DNA of 64,000 nucleotides from Burkholderiales bacterium (GTDB lineage Bacteria; Pseudomonadota; Gammaproteobacteria; Burkholderiales; SG8-41): NCBI GenBank assembly GCA_030683105.1, contig JAUXMZ010000037.1, positions 767 to 64,766 of the forward strand, read 5' to 3'. Shown piece by piece: positions 45,220 to 51,671 of this stretch (position 1 is its first letter; each line of letters starts with the position of its first letter). The notes under the pieces were generated by a model. It saw only the letters and a program-made list of their open reading frames with translations, ran no database searches and was not told where the DNA came from. The position numbers and the translations under genes were made by a program.

Positions 45220-45461
45220 CGCAAACGCTGGCGCGCATGAGTTAACGCTTGATCGAGCGAAACGCCTTTATCCACGCCCGATTCGTATCTCGCGACGCGG
45301 CGGTCACACTCAGCGAGCCATGTCGATTCCCAGTCCTCGATTTGCGTCGGATACTCGGCGTCCAGGGATTCGATAAGACGGAGGGCGAGTGCGGCACGTT
45401 CCTCCGCAGAGAGAGTTGCTACCTTGACTTGGATATCATCGAGAAGATTGCTCATATTCAT
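45216..45461 (-). CDS. Addiction-module antitoxin (TIGR02574-like)
   Basis: ORF 45216..45716 trimmed to MNMSNLLDDIQVKVATLSAEERAALALRLIESLDAEYP...ECDRRVARYESG.... The longer ORF N-terminus is only translated repeat. Confidence 0.65.
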   Translation of the reverse strand: MNMSNLLDDIQVKVATLSAEERAALALRLIESLDAEYPTQIEDWESTWLAECDRRVARYESGVDKGVSLDQALTHARQRLR

Positions 45462-45493
45462 AAGGTTATTCCGGCTGCATGAGTGCGTCAAGA

Positions 45494-45627
45494 CGTGGGT
45501 CGTGGTTCGTACCCGTCGAGCGGGTATTATGAAGAATGCTTCGTGGTTCGTACCCGTCGAGCGTACCCGTCGAGCGGGTATTGAAAGGAATGCTTCGTGG
45601 TTCGTGGCTAGTTGATCGTTATTCGTG
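45494..45627. repeat. Composite repeat island (heptamers and three stem-loop modules)
   Basis: CGTGGGT CGTGGTT C-GTACCCGTCGAGCGGGTAT-TATGAAGAATGCTT CGTGGTT C-GTACCCGTCGAGC-GTACCCGTCGAGCGGGTAT-TGAAAGGAATGCTT CGTGGTT CGTGGCT.... Confidence 0.9.
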
Positions 45628-45648
45628 GAGCGCAGGCGATAATCATAC

Positions 45649-45778
45649 TCATGCCACGTTAATGAAATCCTCTTGAGAAACTTCGGCTTGACGCAAAACT
45701 CCCGCGAGAGTTCCAACTTTGACCTCGCGATGCATCGGCACTACGCAGCCCTTCGTTCCGCGCCGCATTATCACGTGT
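45649..45778 (-). pseudogene. hicA: HicA-family toxin, C-terminal fragment
   Basis: Reverse translation gives HVIMRRGTKGCVVPMHREVKVGTLAGVLRQAEVSQEDFINVA*. This matches the HicA ...GSH...TVP.H....GTL..IL.QAG pattern. The N-terminal part is replaced by degenerate heptamers (45781-45816). Confidence 0.5.
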
Positions 45779-45822
45779 TTCGTTGGACGTGACTCGTTAT
45801 TCGTAGTTCGCTGTTCAGCGGC

Positions 45823-46005
45823 TTAGGCATTCGCGGGAAGGCTGAACGTGGTTACAACCGGATGTCCCGGGGCAGGCTGCGGGAATTCTGACAGATAGAG
45901 TGCTGTCGCCTCTTTCAGGTTGGCGACAGCTTCTTCGACCGTTTCACCCTGTGTGGTGGTGCCGGTTTCGGGATTAAGCGCAATATACCTGGCCCAGCTT
46001 TTCAT
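45823..46005 (-). CDS. Short HicB-like antitoxin (possibly truncated)
   Basis: MKSWARYIALNPETGTTTQGETVEEAVANLKEATALYLSEF.... The TQGETVEEA..NLKEA..LYL segment matches the HicB/UPF0150 core. It is shorter than usual. Confidence 0.35.
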   Translation of the reverse strand: MKSWARYIALNPETGTTTQGETVEEAVANLKEATALYLSEFPQPAPGHPVVTTFSLPANA

Positions 46006-46009
46006 GGAA

Positions 46010-46429
46010 CTAGATTGCTGCAAGCTTTCGAACTTCTGCCACGAGTTCCGGATGGCGGTCGAGGAGCTTGAACAGTACCGATACCGCCATGACTGGACGT
46101 GCATGTCCCTTTTCATACCGGCTGAAGGCGTTCTTGCCGCCTCCAGCGATACGGGCCGCCTCTGCCTGCGTCATCCGCAGTCGCTTGCGGATTCTTGCAA
46201 TGTCCATGGATTCCTGCTTATCGACTTTCTTCCGCCACTCAAGAACATGTTTCTCGGTCGCAAGCGCGTCGACGCCGGAAAGAATCCCTTCGCCGCAATG
46301 GTCACACCATTCACCCGGTTGCAGGTAGGTAATGGAACGCCCTTTGTAGGTGTCGGTTATTCGTTTTGATTTTCGTTCGAGATGCCCCTCAAAGCAGATG
46401 GGGCACGCTGCTTTCTTCTGCTTGGGCAT
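46010..46429 (-). CDS. mqsA: MqsA-family antitoxin (zinc ribbon + XRE HTH)
   Basis: MPKQKKAACPICFEGHLERK...CDHCGEG...IARIRKRLRMTQAEAARIAGGGKNAFSRYEKG.... Confidence 0.8.
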   Translation of the reverse strand: MPKQKKAACPICFEGHLERKSKRITDTYKGRSITYLQPGEWCDHCGEGILSGVDALATEKHVLEWRKKVDKQESMDIARIRKRLRMTQAEAARIAGGGKNAFSRYEKGHARPVMAVSVLFKLLDRHPELVAEVRKLAAI

Positions 46430-46430
46430 G

Positions 46431-46739
46431 TTACTTCTCCTTGAATGAAACAGTAAAGTAGTAAGCGTCTTCATACTGCTGAAATTTCAAATATATCTCA
46501 ATATCACACCACTTGGCGTGGTAGACGTCTTACCACACCTTGTGGTTTCGAACGGTCGTCATCGACTTGTAAAAATTCTTGCGCGTCAACGACCGAACGA
46601 GCTTGAACGCATCTTCAAGTTCCCATCCGAGCTCGAATAAGATGCTCCTTCTTGCTGTATCCGTCAGCCTCAGCGATGAGATATCGACCATTTGCGCCAA
46701 GATCGCCTCAAGCTTGTAGTGCGGCGTCTTTTTTTCCAT
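46431..46739 (-). pseudogene. mqsR: MqsR-family toxin gene with an in-frame TAA
   Basis: MEKKTPHYKLEAILAQM...RKNFYKSMTTVRNHKVW is followed by TAA at 46530-46532. The same frame continues DVYHAKWCDIEIYLKFQQYEDAYYFTVSFKEK* and ends 1 nt before the mqsA ATG. Confidence 0.8.
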
Positions 46740-46907
46740 TATTCCCCTATTAGGGTAATAAGTCAACACGCGACGTATGGCCACCCTTCGCGAGCGAGCT
46801 CATTCCAATCGCCCTGGTCCGGGCTTCCCGGGCTTTCTGCTCTTCCACCGTGCGCAACAACAGCTCGGCGATGACCGCGCTCTTGTGGTGATCAGCGATT
46901 TGTGTGT

Positions 46908-46977
46908 CGTTGTTCGTTGTTCGTTGTTCGTTGTTCGTTGTTCGTTGTTCGTTGTTCGTTGTTCGTTGTTCGTGATT
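46908..46977. repeat. Nine perfect tandem CGTTGTT heptamers plus one CGTGATT
   Basis: 46908-46970 is exactly (CGTTGTT)x9. This is the longest perfect tract in the window. Confidence 0.95.
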
Positions 46978-47021
46978 CATGGGTCGCGGCTGCTTCCGCC
47001 TCGTGGTAATTCCTTGTTGTT

Positions 47022-47456
47022 TTACGATAGAACCACGAGATGCTGAGGTTGTGCTCCGCCAACGGCGTCAAGCGGAATACTCCGGTCCAGGGTGACAAAA
47101 CGCCCACCTTGCCGGACGGCGAGTGCCAACAGATAGGCATCGGTGACCTGCCGGGAACTCAGAACCCGGTCCCACATCAGGCACCCAGGATGCAACAGGC
47201 TGATGGAATCGGCCCAGAATACGTGAGACGGGTGCCGGGTTGCTTCCGTAAGCCGTGCGGCCACTTGTGCTGCGGGAACCGGATTGGGATAACCGGGCTG
47301 CGAGAGGATACGGATACATCCATTTTGAGTGATAGGGCTCGAAGCCCAACCCTCATCGATGTGGCCGGCAAGCCAGTCGGTCGCCAGGCCATGATCGACA
47401 TGGCTGCCGTCTAGCAATGCAATCAGAACGTTTACATCCAACAGGGCACACGTCAT
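47022..47456 (-). CDS. vapC: PIN-domain VapC-family toxin
   Basis: 144 aa. MTCALLDVNVLIALLDGSHVDH...TDAYLLALAVRQGGRFVTLD.... Confidence 0.8.
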   Translation of the reverse strand: MTCALLDVNVLIALLDGSHVDHGLATDWLAGHIDEGWASSPITQNGCIRILSQPGYPNPVPAAQVAARLTEATRHPSHVFWADSISLLHPGCLMWDRVLSSRQVTDAYLLALAVRQGGRFVTLDRSIPLDAVGGAQPQHLVVLS

Positions 47457-47716
47457 ACGCCTTCAGCTTCCCGCAGGCGATTCACCGCATCGTTTGTTAC
47501 GACAGCCCTGCCCGCCGGGAAGGGGCAAAACCCCGCAACAGATCGAGGCTCCGAACCTTGATCGCCCGACCCAGAAGCCGTGGCTTGCGCGATCTGACCT
47601 GTCAGGGTTCTCCGCAGCAACTGGGACACCACCTGCCCAGCCGACACTTTCTGGCGCCTGGCGAGTTCCTTTGCCGCCATCAGCACGTCTTCGTCTATAT
47701 CCAGCGTTGTTCTCAT
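47453..47716 (-). CDS. vapB: VapB-type antitoxin
   Basis: 87 aa. MRTTLDIDEDVLMAAKELARRQKVSAGQVVSQLLRRTL.... It has a 4-nt overlap with vapC. Confidence 0.75.
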   Translation of the reverse strand: MRTTLDIDEDVLMAAKELARRQKVSAGQVVSQLLRRTLTGQIAQATASGSGDQGSEPRSVAGFCPFPAGRAVVTNDAVNRLREAEGV

Positions 47717-47774
47717 ATCATGACTCCTTGAACTGATGCGCAGATGTTGTGATGCGATGATTATACGGCATCAG

Positions 47775-47924
47775 CGTGTTAAGGGCGGTGATTAGTAATT
47801 AGTGACTGGTGATTGGTGTTAAGGGCGGTGATTGGTAATTAGTGATTGGCACCCTCCGGGTATTTGCTTTGCGGCATGGTTCGTACCCTCCGGGTATTTG
47901 CTTTGCGGCATGGGTCGTTGGTCG
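47775..47924. repeat. Composite repeat island (two K boxes, heptamers, tandem P boxes)
   Basis: P boxes lie at 47852-47878 and 47886-47912, the same 34-nt pitch as at 39812/39846. Confidence 0.9.
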
Positions 47925-47930
47925 GTTTTT

Positions 47931-48329
47931 TTACGCCCAGTTCTCCCGCATGAGTCCTGGCACGCGTTGAAATTCGTTTTCGTTATTGGTGACCAGCACT
48001 AAACCCAGCGCACGCGCATGTCCTGCGATCATCGCGTCGTAGGGGCCGATCGGTTTTCCGATTCTTGCCAGAGCCGCGCGTATTTGCCCAAAATGAATTG
48101 CTGCCTGGGAATCGAAGGGCTTCACGTCCAGACGGGAGATCATGCTCTCAATGTCTGCCAAGTTTTGCTCCGGCACTGTCGATTTCTCCGCGCCATACAC
48201 CAATTCACCCAAAGTGATCGACGAAATACACATCTGCCCGTCGTGCTTCTTGAATGCGTCCCGCACGCGCTCGGGGCGGTTTTTCATCGTGTAGATCACG
48301 ATGTTGGTGTCCAGCATGTACTTGAGCAT
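47931..48329 (-). CDS. vapC: PIN-domain VapC toxin
   Basis: 132 aa. MLKYMLDTNIVIY...ITLGELVYGAEKS...YDAMIAGHARALGLVLVTNNENEFQRVPGL.... Confidence 0.85.
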   Translation of the reverse strand: MLKYMLDTNIVIYTMKNRPERVRDAFKKHDGQMCISSITLGELVYGAEKSTVPEQNLADIESMISRLDVKPFDSQAAIHFGQIRAALARIGKPIGPYDAMIAGHARALGLVLVTNNENEFQRVPGLMRENWA

Positions 48330-48330
48330 G

Positions 48331-48567
48331 CTACAGCGCCGCTCGCTCCTGATCCGCCGGTTGATCGCGCGTTTCCATGAAGTCCGCCGACACGCCCTGC
48401 CCTGCGAACCACAGGTCCCATGATTCCCCTGCAGGCACGATCACCCTGGTATTGCCCACGGCAATAATATCCACCCGTTTCACCGAATCCGGCATGGCAA
48501 CCTCTTTGGGCAGCCTCACTGCCTGGCTCTTATTACTTTTAAAAAGCGTAGTTTGAACGGTGCTCAT
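48331..48567 (-). CDS. vapB: AbrB/SpoVT-type VapB antitoxin
   Basis: ORF trimmed to MSTVQTTLFKSNKSQAVRLPKEVAMPDSVKRVDIIAVGNTRVIVP.... Confidence 0.8.
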   Translation of the reverse strand: MSTVQTTLFKSNKSQAVRLPKEVAMPDSVKRVDIIAVGNTRVIVPAGESWDLWFAGQGVSADFMETRDQPADQERAAL

Positions 48568-48645
48568 AGCCCCACCTCTTGTATATCCATTACGTATATC
48601 CACACGATAGCGCAGGAACGAAAGGGTGTCAAATGGGGATGGAGT

Positions 48646-48682
48646 CGGTGATTGGCGTCTAAAAACAGTGATTGGTGATTGG
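48646..48682. repeat. Short heptamer tract with K-box variant
   Basis: CGGTGATTGGCGTCTAAAAACAGTGATTGGTGATTGG. Confidence 0.85.
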
Positions 48683-48706
48683 AAATCGGCGGGGCTGGGT
48701 GCGACT

Positions 48707-49111
48707 CTATAACCAATTCTCGACTTCGAGCCCGGGTACACGTCGAAACTCCCGTTCATTGTTAGTCACCAGGACGGCCCCCGCACTGCGGGCGTGCGCT
48801 GCAATCATCAAATCGTTCGCACCGATCATTTGGCCTTTTTTCTGAAGGTGCACACGGATCTCCGCGTAATCCTCGGCTGCATTTTCGGGCCAATCGAAAA
48901 CAGAGACATGCTTTACGAAGGCACCCAACGCCTCCCTGTTCTGCTCAGGCTTCGATGAAAGCCGGACACCGTACAGGAGTTCGGCAAGGGTCACCACCGA
49001 GATCGACTGCTTCTCCATGGGCGTCGCGATCAGCTTCTGACGCAGGTTCTCGGAGGGGCCGCGCATAATGAACGCGCAGGTGTCAGTGTCCAGCATGTAA
49101 AGCGGGATCAA
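48707..49111 (-). CDS. vapC: PIN-domain VapC toxin
   Basis: ...YMLDTDTCAFIMRG...VTLAELLYGVRLS...NDLMIAAHARSAGAVLVTNNEREFRRVPGL.... The start is taken as the TTG at 49111, overlapping the vapB stop. An alternative ATG is at 49096. Confidence 0.8.
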   Translation of the reverse strand: MIPLYMLDTDTCAFIMRGPSENLRQKLIATPMEKQSISVVTLAELLYGVRLSSKPEQNREALGAFVKHVSVFDWPENAAEDYAEIRVHLQKKGQMIGANDLMIAAHARSAGAVLVTNNEREFRRVPGLEVENWL

Positions 49112-49338
49112 AGCATCTCCCGTTCCTGCACCGGAAGATCCTCGATGCCCTCCATAAAGTCTGGGGTCGCCCACGGTCCGTGAGCCAAGAACTCGGCCCA
49201 CGACTCAGGCTTGGGTGATAACACTACTCGCTCCCCATTCTTTGAAATGAACACCTCTTTGCCCTCGAACCTGCAATCTGCCGGGAGACGAACCGCCTGG
49301 CTGCCTCCACTGACAAAAAGTTTTGCTGTACGAGACAT
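49108..49338 (-). CDS. vapB: AbrB/SpoVT-type VapB antitoxin
   Basis: 76 aa. MSRTAKLFVSGGSQAVRLPADCRFEGKEVFISKNGERVVLSP.... Confidence 0.8.
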   Translation of the reverse strand: MSRTAKLFVSGGSQAVRLPADCRFEGKEVFISKNGERVVLSPKPESWAEFLAHGPWATPDFMEGIEDLPVQEREML

Positions 49339-49366
49339 GATTTAACATCCCAGAAAGCATTGTAAT

Positions 49367-49386
49367 GTATCTACCATTGTAGATAC
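49367..49386 (-). promoter_or_regulatory. Palindrome upstream of vapB (candidate operator)
   Basis: GTATCTAC-CATT-GTAGATAC lies about 30 nt upstream of the start at 49338. A further TAGATAC half-site lies at 49404-49410. Confidence 0.4.
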
Positions 49387-49416
49387 TTTCGTAGGTACGT
49401 CAATAGATACCAGAAC

Positions 49417-49690
49417 CGGTGATTAGCACCCTCCGGGTATTTGCTTTGCGGCATGATTGGTGTTAAGGGCGGTGATTAGTAATCAGTGATTGGCACCCTC
49501 CGGGTATTTGCTTTGCGGCATGATTAGTGCCAAAGGCCGTGGGTCGCACCCTCCGGGTATTTGCTTTGCGGCATGGTTCGTACCCGTCAAGCGCACCCGT
49601 CGAGCGGGTGTTGAAAAGAAGGTATTGAAAAGAATGCTTCGTGGTTCGTGGTTCGTGGTTCGTGGTTCGTGGTTCGTGGGTCGTAGGTCG
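49417..49690. repeat. Largest composite repeat island (three P boxes, K box, stem-loops, CGTGGTT x5)
   Basis: P boxes lie at 49429-49455, 49496-49522 and 49549-49575. GTACCCGTCAAGCGCACCCGTCGAGCGGGTGTTGAAAAGAAGGTATTGAAAAGAATGCTT is present, and CGTGGTT x5 lies at 49640-49674. Confidence 0.95.
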
Positions 49691-49763
49691 GGAATCCTTT
49701 CCCGCCGCGAAGCAAGTCCCCGGAGGGGGCGACAAAGCGTCGCCAAGGGATTGGCGACCTACC

Positions 49764-50150
49764 CTACCAGATCCTCTTCACGCCGTATTTCGCAAACAAG
49801 GGGTCCGAGGTAATGACCGGCAATTTCTCTTCAAGCGCCTGGGCAACAAGCAACCGGTCAAAAGGGTCGCGATGGTGAAAGGCTAAAGCGGCGACCCGCG
49901 CCACATGACGAAAATCGATTTGCAGTTGACTGAATCCATTGGCCGCGAGTTGTTCCGGAATAAAGCGCTCGATAGCGTCGGGGAGTTTAAGTTTTCCCAG
50001 GCTGAGCTTGATGGCCATCTCCCAGGAACTGACGAGACTGAGCAGGCATTGGTTTTCCGGATCGGCAATCACTGCCCGTGCCTTGCGCGACAACGCCGGC
50101 GCATCCTCGACCCACCATAGAAAAACATGGGTGTCGAGCAGAAGTCGCAC
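49764..50150 (-). CDS. vapC: PIN-domain toxin (VapC/FitB-like)
   Basis: 128 aa. MRLLLDTHVFLWWVEDAPALS...SSWEMAIKLSLGKL...HHRDPFDRLLVAQALEEKLPVITSD.... Confidence 0.8.
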   Translation of the reverse strand: MRLLLDTHVFLWWVEDAPALSRKARAVIADPENQCLLSLVSSWEMAIKLSLGKLKLPDAIERFIPEQLAANGFSQLQIDFRHVARVAALAFHHRDPFDRLLVAQALEEKLPVITSDPLFAKYGVKRIW

Positions 50151-50374
50151 TACATGTATTCCTTGAAATCTTTCGGCGTGGCGTCGAAATCAGGCGCCAT
50201 CCAGATCCGGCCTTTTGCCGAACCCGGTTTGCGCGATTGTTGGGGCGGGGTCAGCGCGACCAGCTTGACAACAGCTTTATTGTCCTTGGCAATGATGACC
50301 TCTTCCCCCAGCATGGCTTTTTGCACCAGCTCCGAGAAATGCGCCTTGGCTTCAGCGATATTGAATTTGGCCAT
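50150..50374 (-). CDS. phd: Phd/YefM-family antitoxin
   Basis: ORF trimmed to MAKFNIAEAKAHFSELVQKAMLGEEVIIAKDNKAVVKLVAL.... Confidence 0.75.
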   Translation of the reverse strand: MAKFNIAEAKAHFSELVQKAMLGEEVIIAKDNKAVVKLVALTPPQQSRKPGSAKGRIWMAPDFDATPKDFKEYM

Positions 50375-50436
50375 GAGACCGCCACCGAACGTATAGGTAT
50401 ATGACCATCCTACATGACCAACATGCAAATATCAAA

Positions 50437-50640
50437 CTCGTGGTACGTTGCTCGTGGTTCGTGGCTAGAAGCGGTGATTAGTGATTAGTGATTGGTGATT
50501 CAACAGCCGTGACTCGTGGTACGTGGTACGTGGCTCGTGGCCGTTCACGAATCACGAATCACGAATCACGTACCACGTACCACGTATCACGAATCACGAA
50601 TCATTCTTCACAATACCCGCTTGACGGGTACGAATCACGG
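50437..50640. repeat. Repeat island forming a long heptamer palindrome plus a reverse stem-loop module
   Basis: ...CGTGGTACGTGGTACGTGGCTCGTGG-CCGTT-CACGAATCACGAATCACGAATCACGTACCACGTACCACG.... It is followed by CATTCTTCACAATACCCGCTTGACGGGTACGAATCACGG. Confidence 0.9.
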
Positions 50641-50651
50641 ATTTTGAAGAG

Positions 50652-50996
50652 TTAGTGTATGCCCAATAAGGCCCTGATTTTTCCGAGGGTCTCGGCTAAC
50701 TCGTCGTCCGACACTCTGCCTTTGTGCCGCGCTTTGCGTGCCCGCCAATCGAGATTCTTAAGCTGATCGGACAGGATTGCGCCGCTCACGTTGGCGTTTC
50801 CTTGAATGACTACCTCGAAAGGGTAGTGCTTGACCTGGTTCGTGATCGGACAGCACACCATCATGCTGGTCTTGGCGTTGTAGGCGGCGGGTGAGAGCAC
50901 CAGCGCCGGACGGGTCCCGGACTGCTCATGGCCTGCCTGCGGGTCAAATTCCAGCCAAACCACATCTCCCGGCTTGGGCACATACTGCCCCGCCAT
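50652..50996 (-). CDS. mazF: MazF/PemK-family toxin
   Basis: 114 aa. ...YVPKPGDVVWLEFDPQAGHEQSGTRPALVLSPAAYNAKTSMMVCCPITNQVK.... Confidence 0.85.
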   Translation of the reverse strand: MAGQYVPKPGDVVWLEFDPQAGHEQSGTRPALVLSPAAYNAKTSMMVCCPITNQVKHYPFEVVIQGNANVSGAILSDQLKNLDWRARKARHKGRVSDDELAETLGKIRALLGIH

Positions 50997-51238
50997 TACC
51001 AGACCTCGTTCCCTTCTGGCTTGCCAAAGTCCACGGAGGAGTGGCTGTTTTCCGTGCTGATGCCTGCGACCAGCTGCCCGATGTCGTATTCCTTTTTATT
51101 GATCGGCTCGATAACCACCCGGCCATCTTCGGCGCGAATATCGACAGGCTGCTCGAGCGCCAACTTGGCGGTCTCCATTACCGCTGCAGGAATCCTCACT
51201 GCCGCGCTGTTACCCCATTTCTTGACGATGACTTCCAC
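50996..51238 (-). CDS. mazE: MazE (AbrB/SpoVT-type) antitoxin
   Basis: GTG at 51238 gives VEVIVKKWGNSAAVRIPAAVMETAKLALEQPVDIRAEDGRVVIEP.... Confidence 0.75.
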   Translation of the reverse strand: MEVIVKKWGNSAAVRIPAAVMETAKLALEQPVDIRAEDGRVVIEPINKKEYDIGQLVAGISTENSHSSVDFGKPEGNEVW

Positions 51239-51268
51239 GATACAAACCCCTCTCAGCAATTCATGGAA

Positions 51269-51297
51269 AGTCTAGGCGCTTGCTTATGGTGTGTCAA
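51269..51297 (-). promoter_or_regulatory. Sigma70-like promoter candidate for mazEF
   Basis: On the minus strand: TTGACA (51297-51292), a 17-nt spacer, then TAGACT (51274-51269). It lies 31 nt upstream of the GTG start. Confidence 0.4.
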
Positions 51298-51308
51298 CAA
51301 TGTAGATA

Positions 51309-51402
51309 CAAAGGCAGTGATTAGTAATTGGTGATTAGTGATTGGTGTCAAGGCAGTGATTGGTAACTGGTGATTAGTGATTGGTTGCGTTGTTCGTGGT
51401 TC
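51309..51402. repeat. Heptamer/K-box repeat island
   Basis: CAAAGGCAGTGATTAGTAATTGGTGATTAGTGATTGGTGTCAAGGCAGTGATTGGTAACTGGTGATTAGTGATTGGTTGCGTTGTTCGTGGTTCG. Confidence 0.9.
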
Positions 51403-51489
51403 GGCCAACCATTCTCAAGAAAAATATCGTAATTAATTGTTTTTGTTGATATATTTTGATAGCCTAATCGCTGCATTTAATGCTGCAAT

Positions 51490-51531
51490 CCACCAATTAC
51501 CAATTACTAATCACCAATCACTGTTTTTAGG
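51490..51531. repeat. Reverse-oriented heptamer tract abutting the ops element
   Basis: CCACCAATTACCAATTACTAATCACCAATCACTGTTTTTAGG. Confidence 0.9.
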
Positions 51532-51543
51532 CACGCTACCGCC
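51532..51543 (-). promoter_or_regulatory. ops (operon polarity suppressor) element, exact match GGCGGTAGCGTG
   Basis: Plus strand CACGCTACCGCC equals minus strand GGCGGTAGCGTG. It is on the coding strand of all downstream genes and lies 129 nt downstream of the rfaH-like stop. Confidence 0.7.
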
Positions 51544-51577
51544 CTGCATAACACTCGCGTGTTTCGCATAATTTCAG

Positions 51578-51665
51578 GCCCTCTTTCTACCCGGCCCCCT
51601 CTTCCTACCCCTCTACCGTCGAGCGGCACCGAGGTCCCCCTGGGCACGGGGGGAGAGGATATTTT
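51578..51665. repeat. GC-rich hairpin repeat, left member of an inverted pair bracketing marR-rfaH
   Basis: The core CTCTACCGTCGAGCGGCACCGAGGTCCCCCTGGGCACGGGGGGAGAGG (51611-51658) is nearly identical to the reverse complement of 52601-52648. Confidence 0.85.
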
Positions 51666-51671
51666 TGCTGC

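Noticed and set aside
46908-46977. CRISPR array (regularly spaced repeats here and in the other islands)
   Set aside because: The units are 7 nt (9 nt at 61503-61641) and directly tandem, with no unique spacers of 25-40 nt. No cas genes are present.
49463-49746. ORFs made of repeat sequence (also 1150..1356, 6577..6807, the N-terminal 85 codons of 45216..45716, 46750..46980, 52926..53504, 39785..40099)
   Set aside because: They are literal translations of heptamer, P-box and stem-loop modules (ITNH, MPQSKYPEG, RSTGTNHE peptides recur). There is no independent coding evidence.
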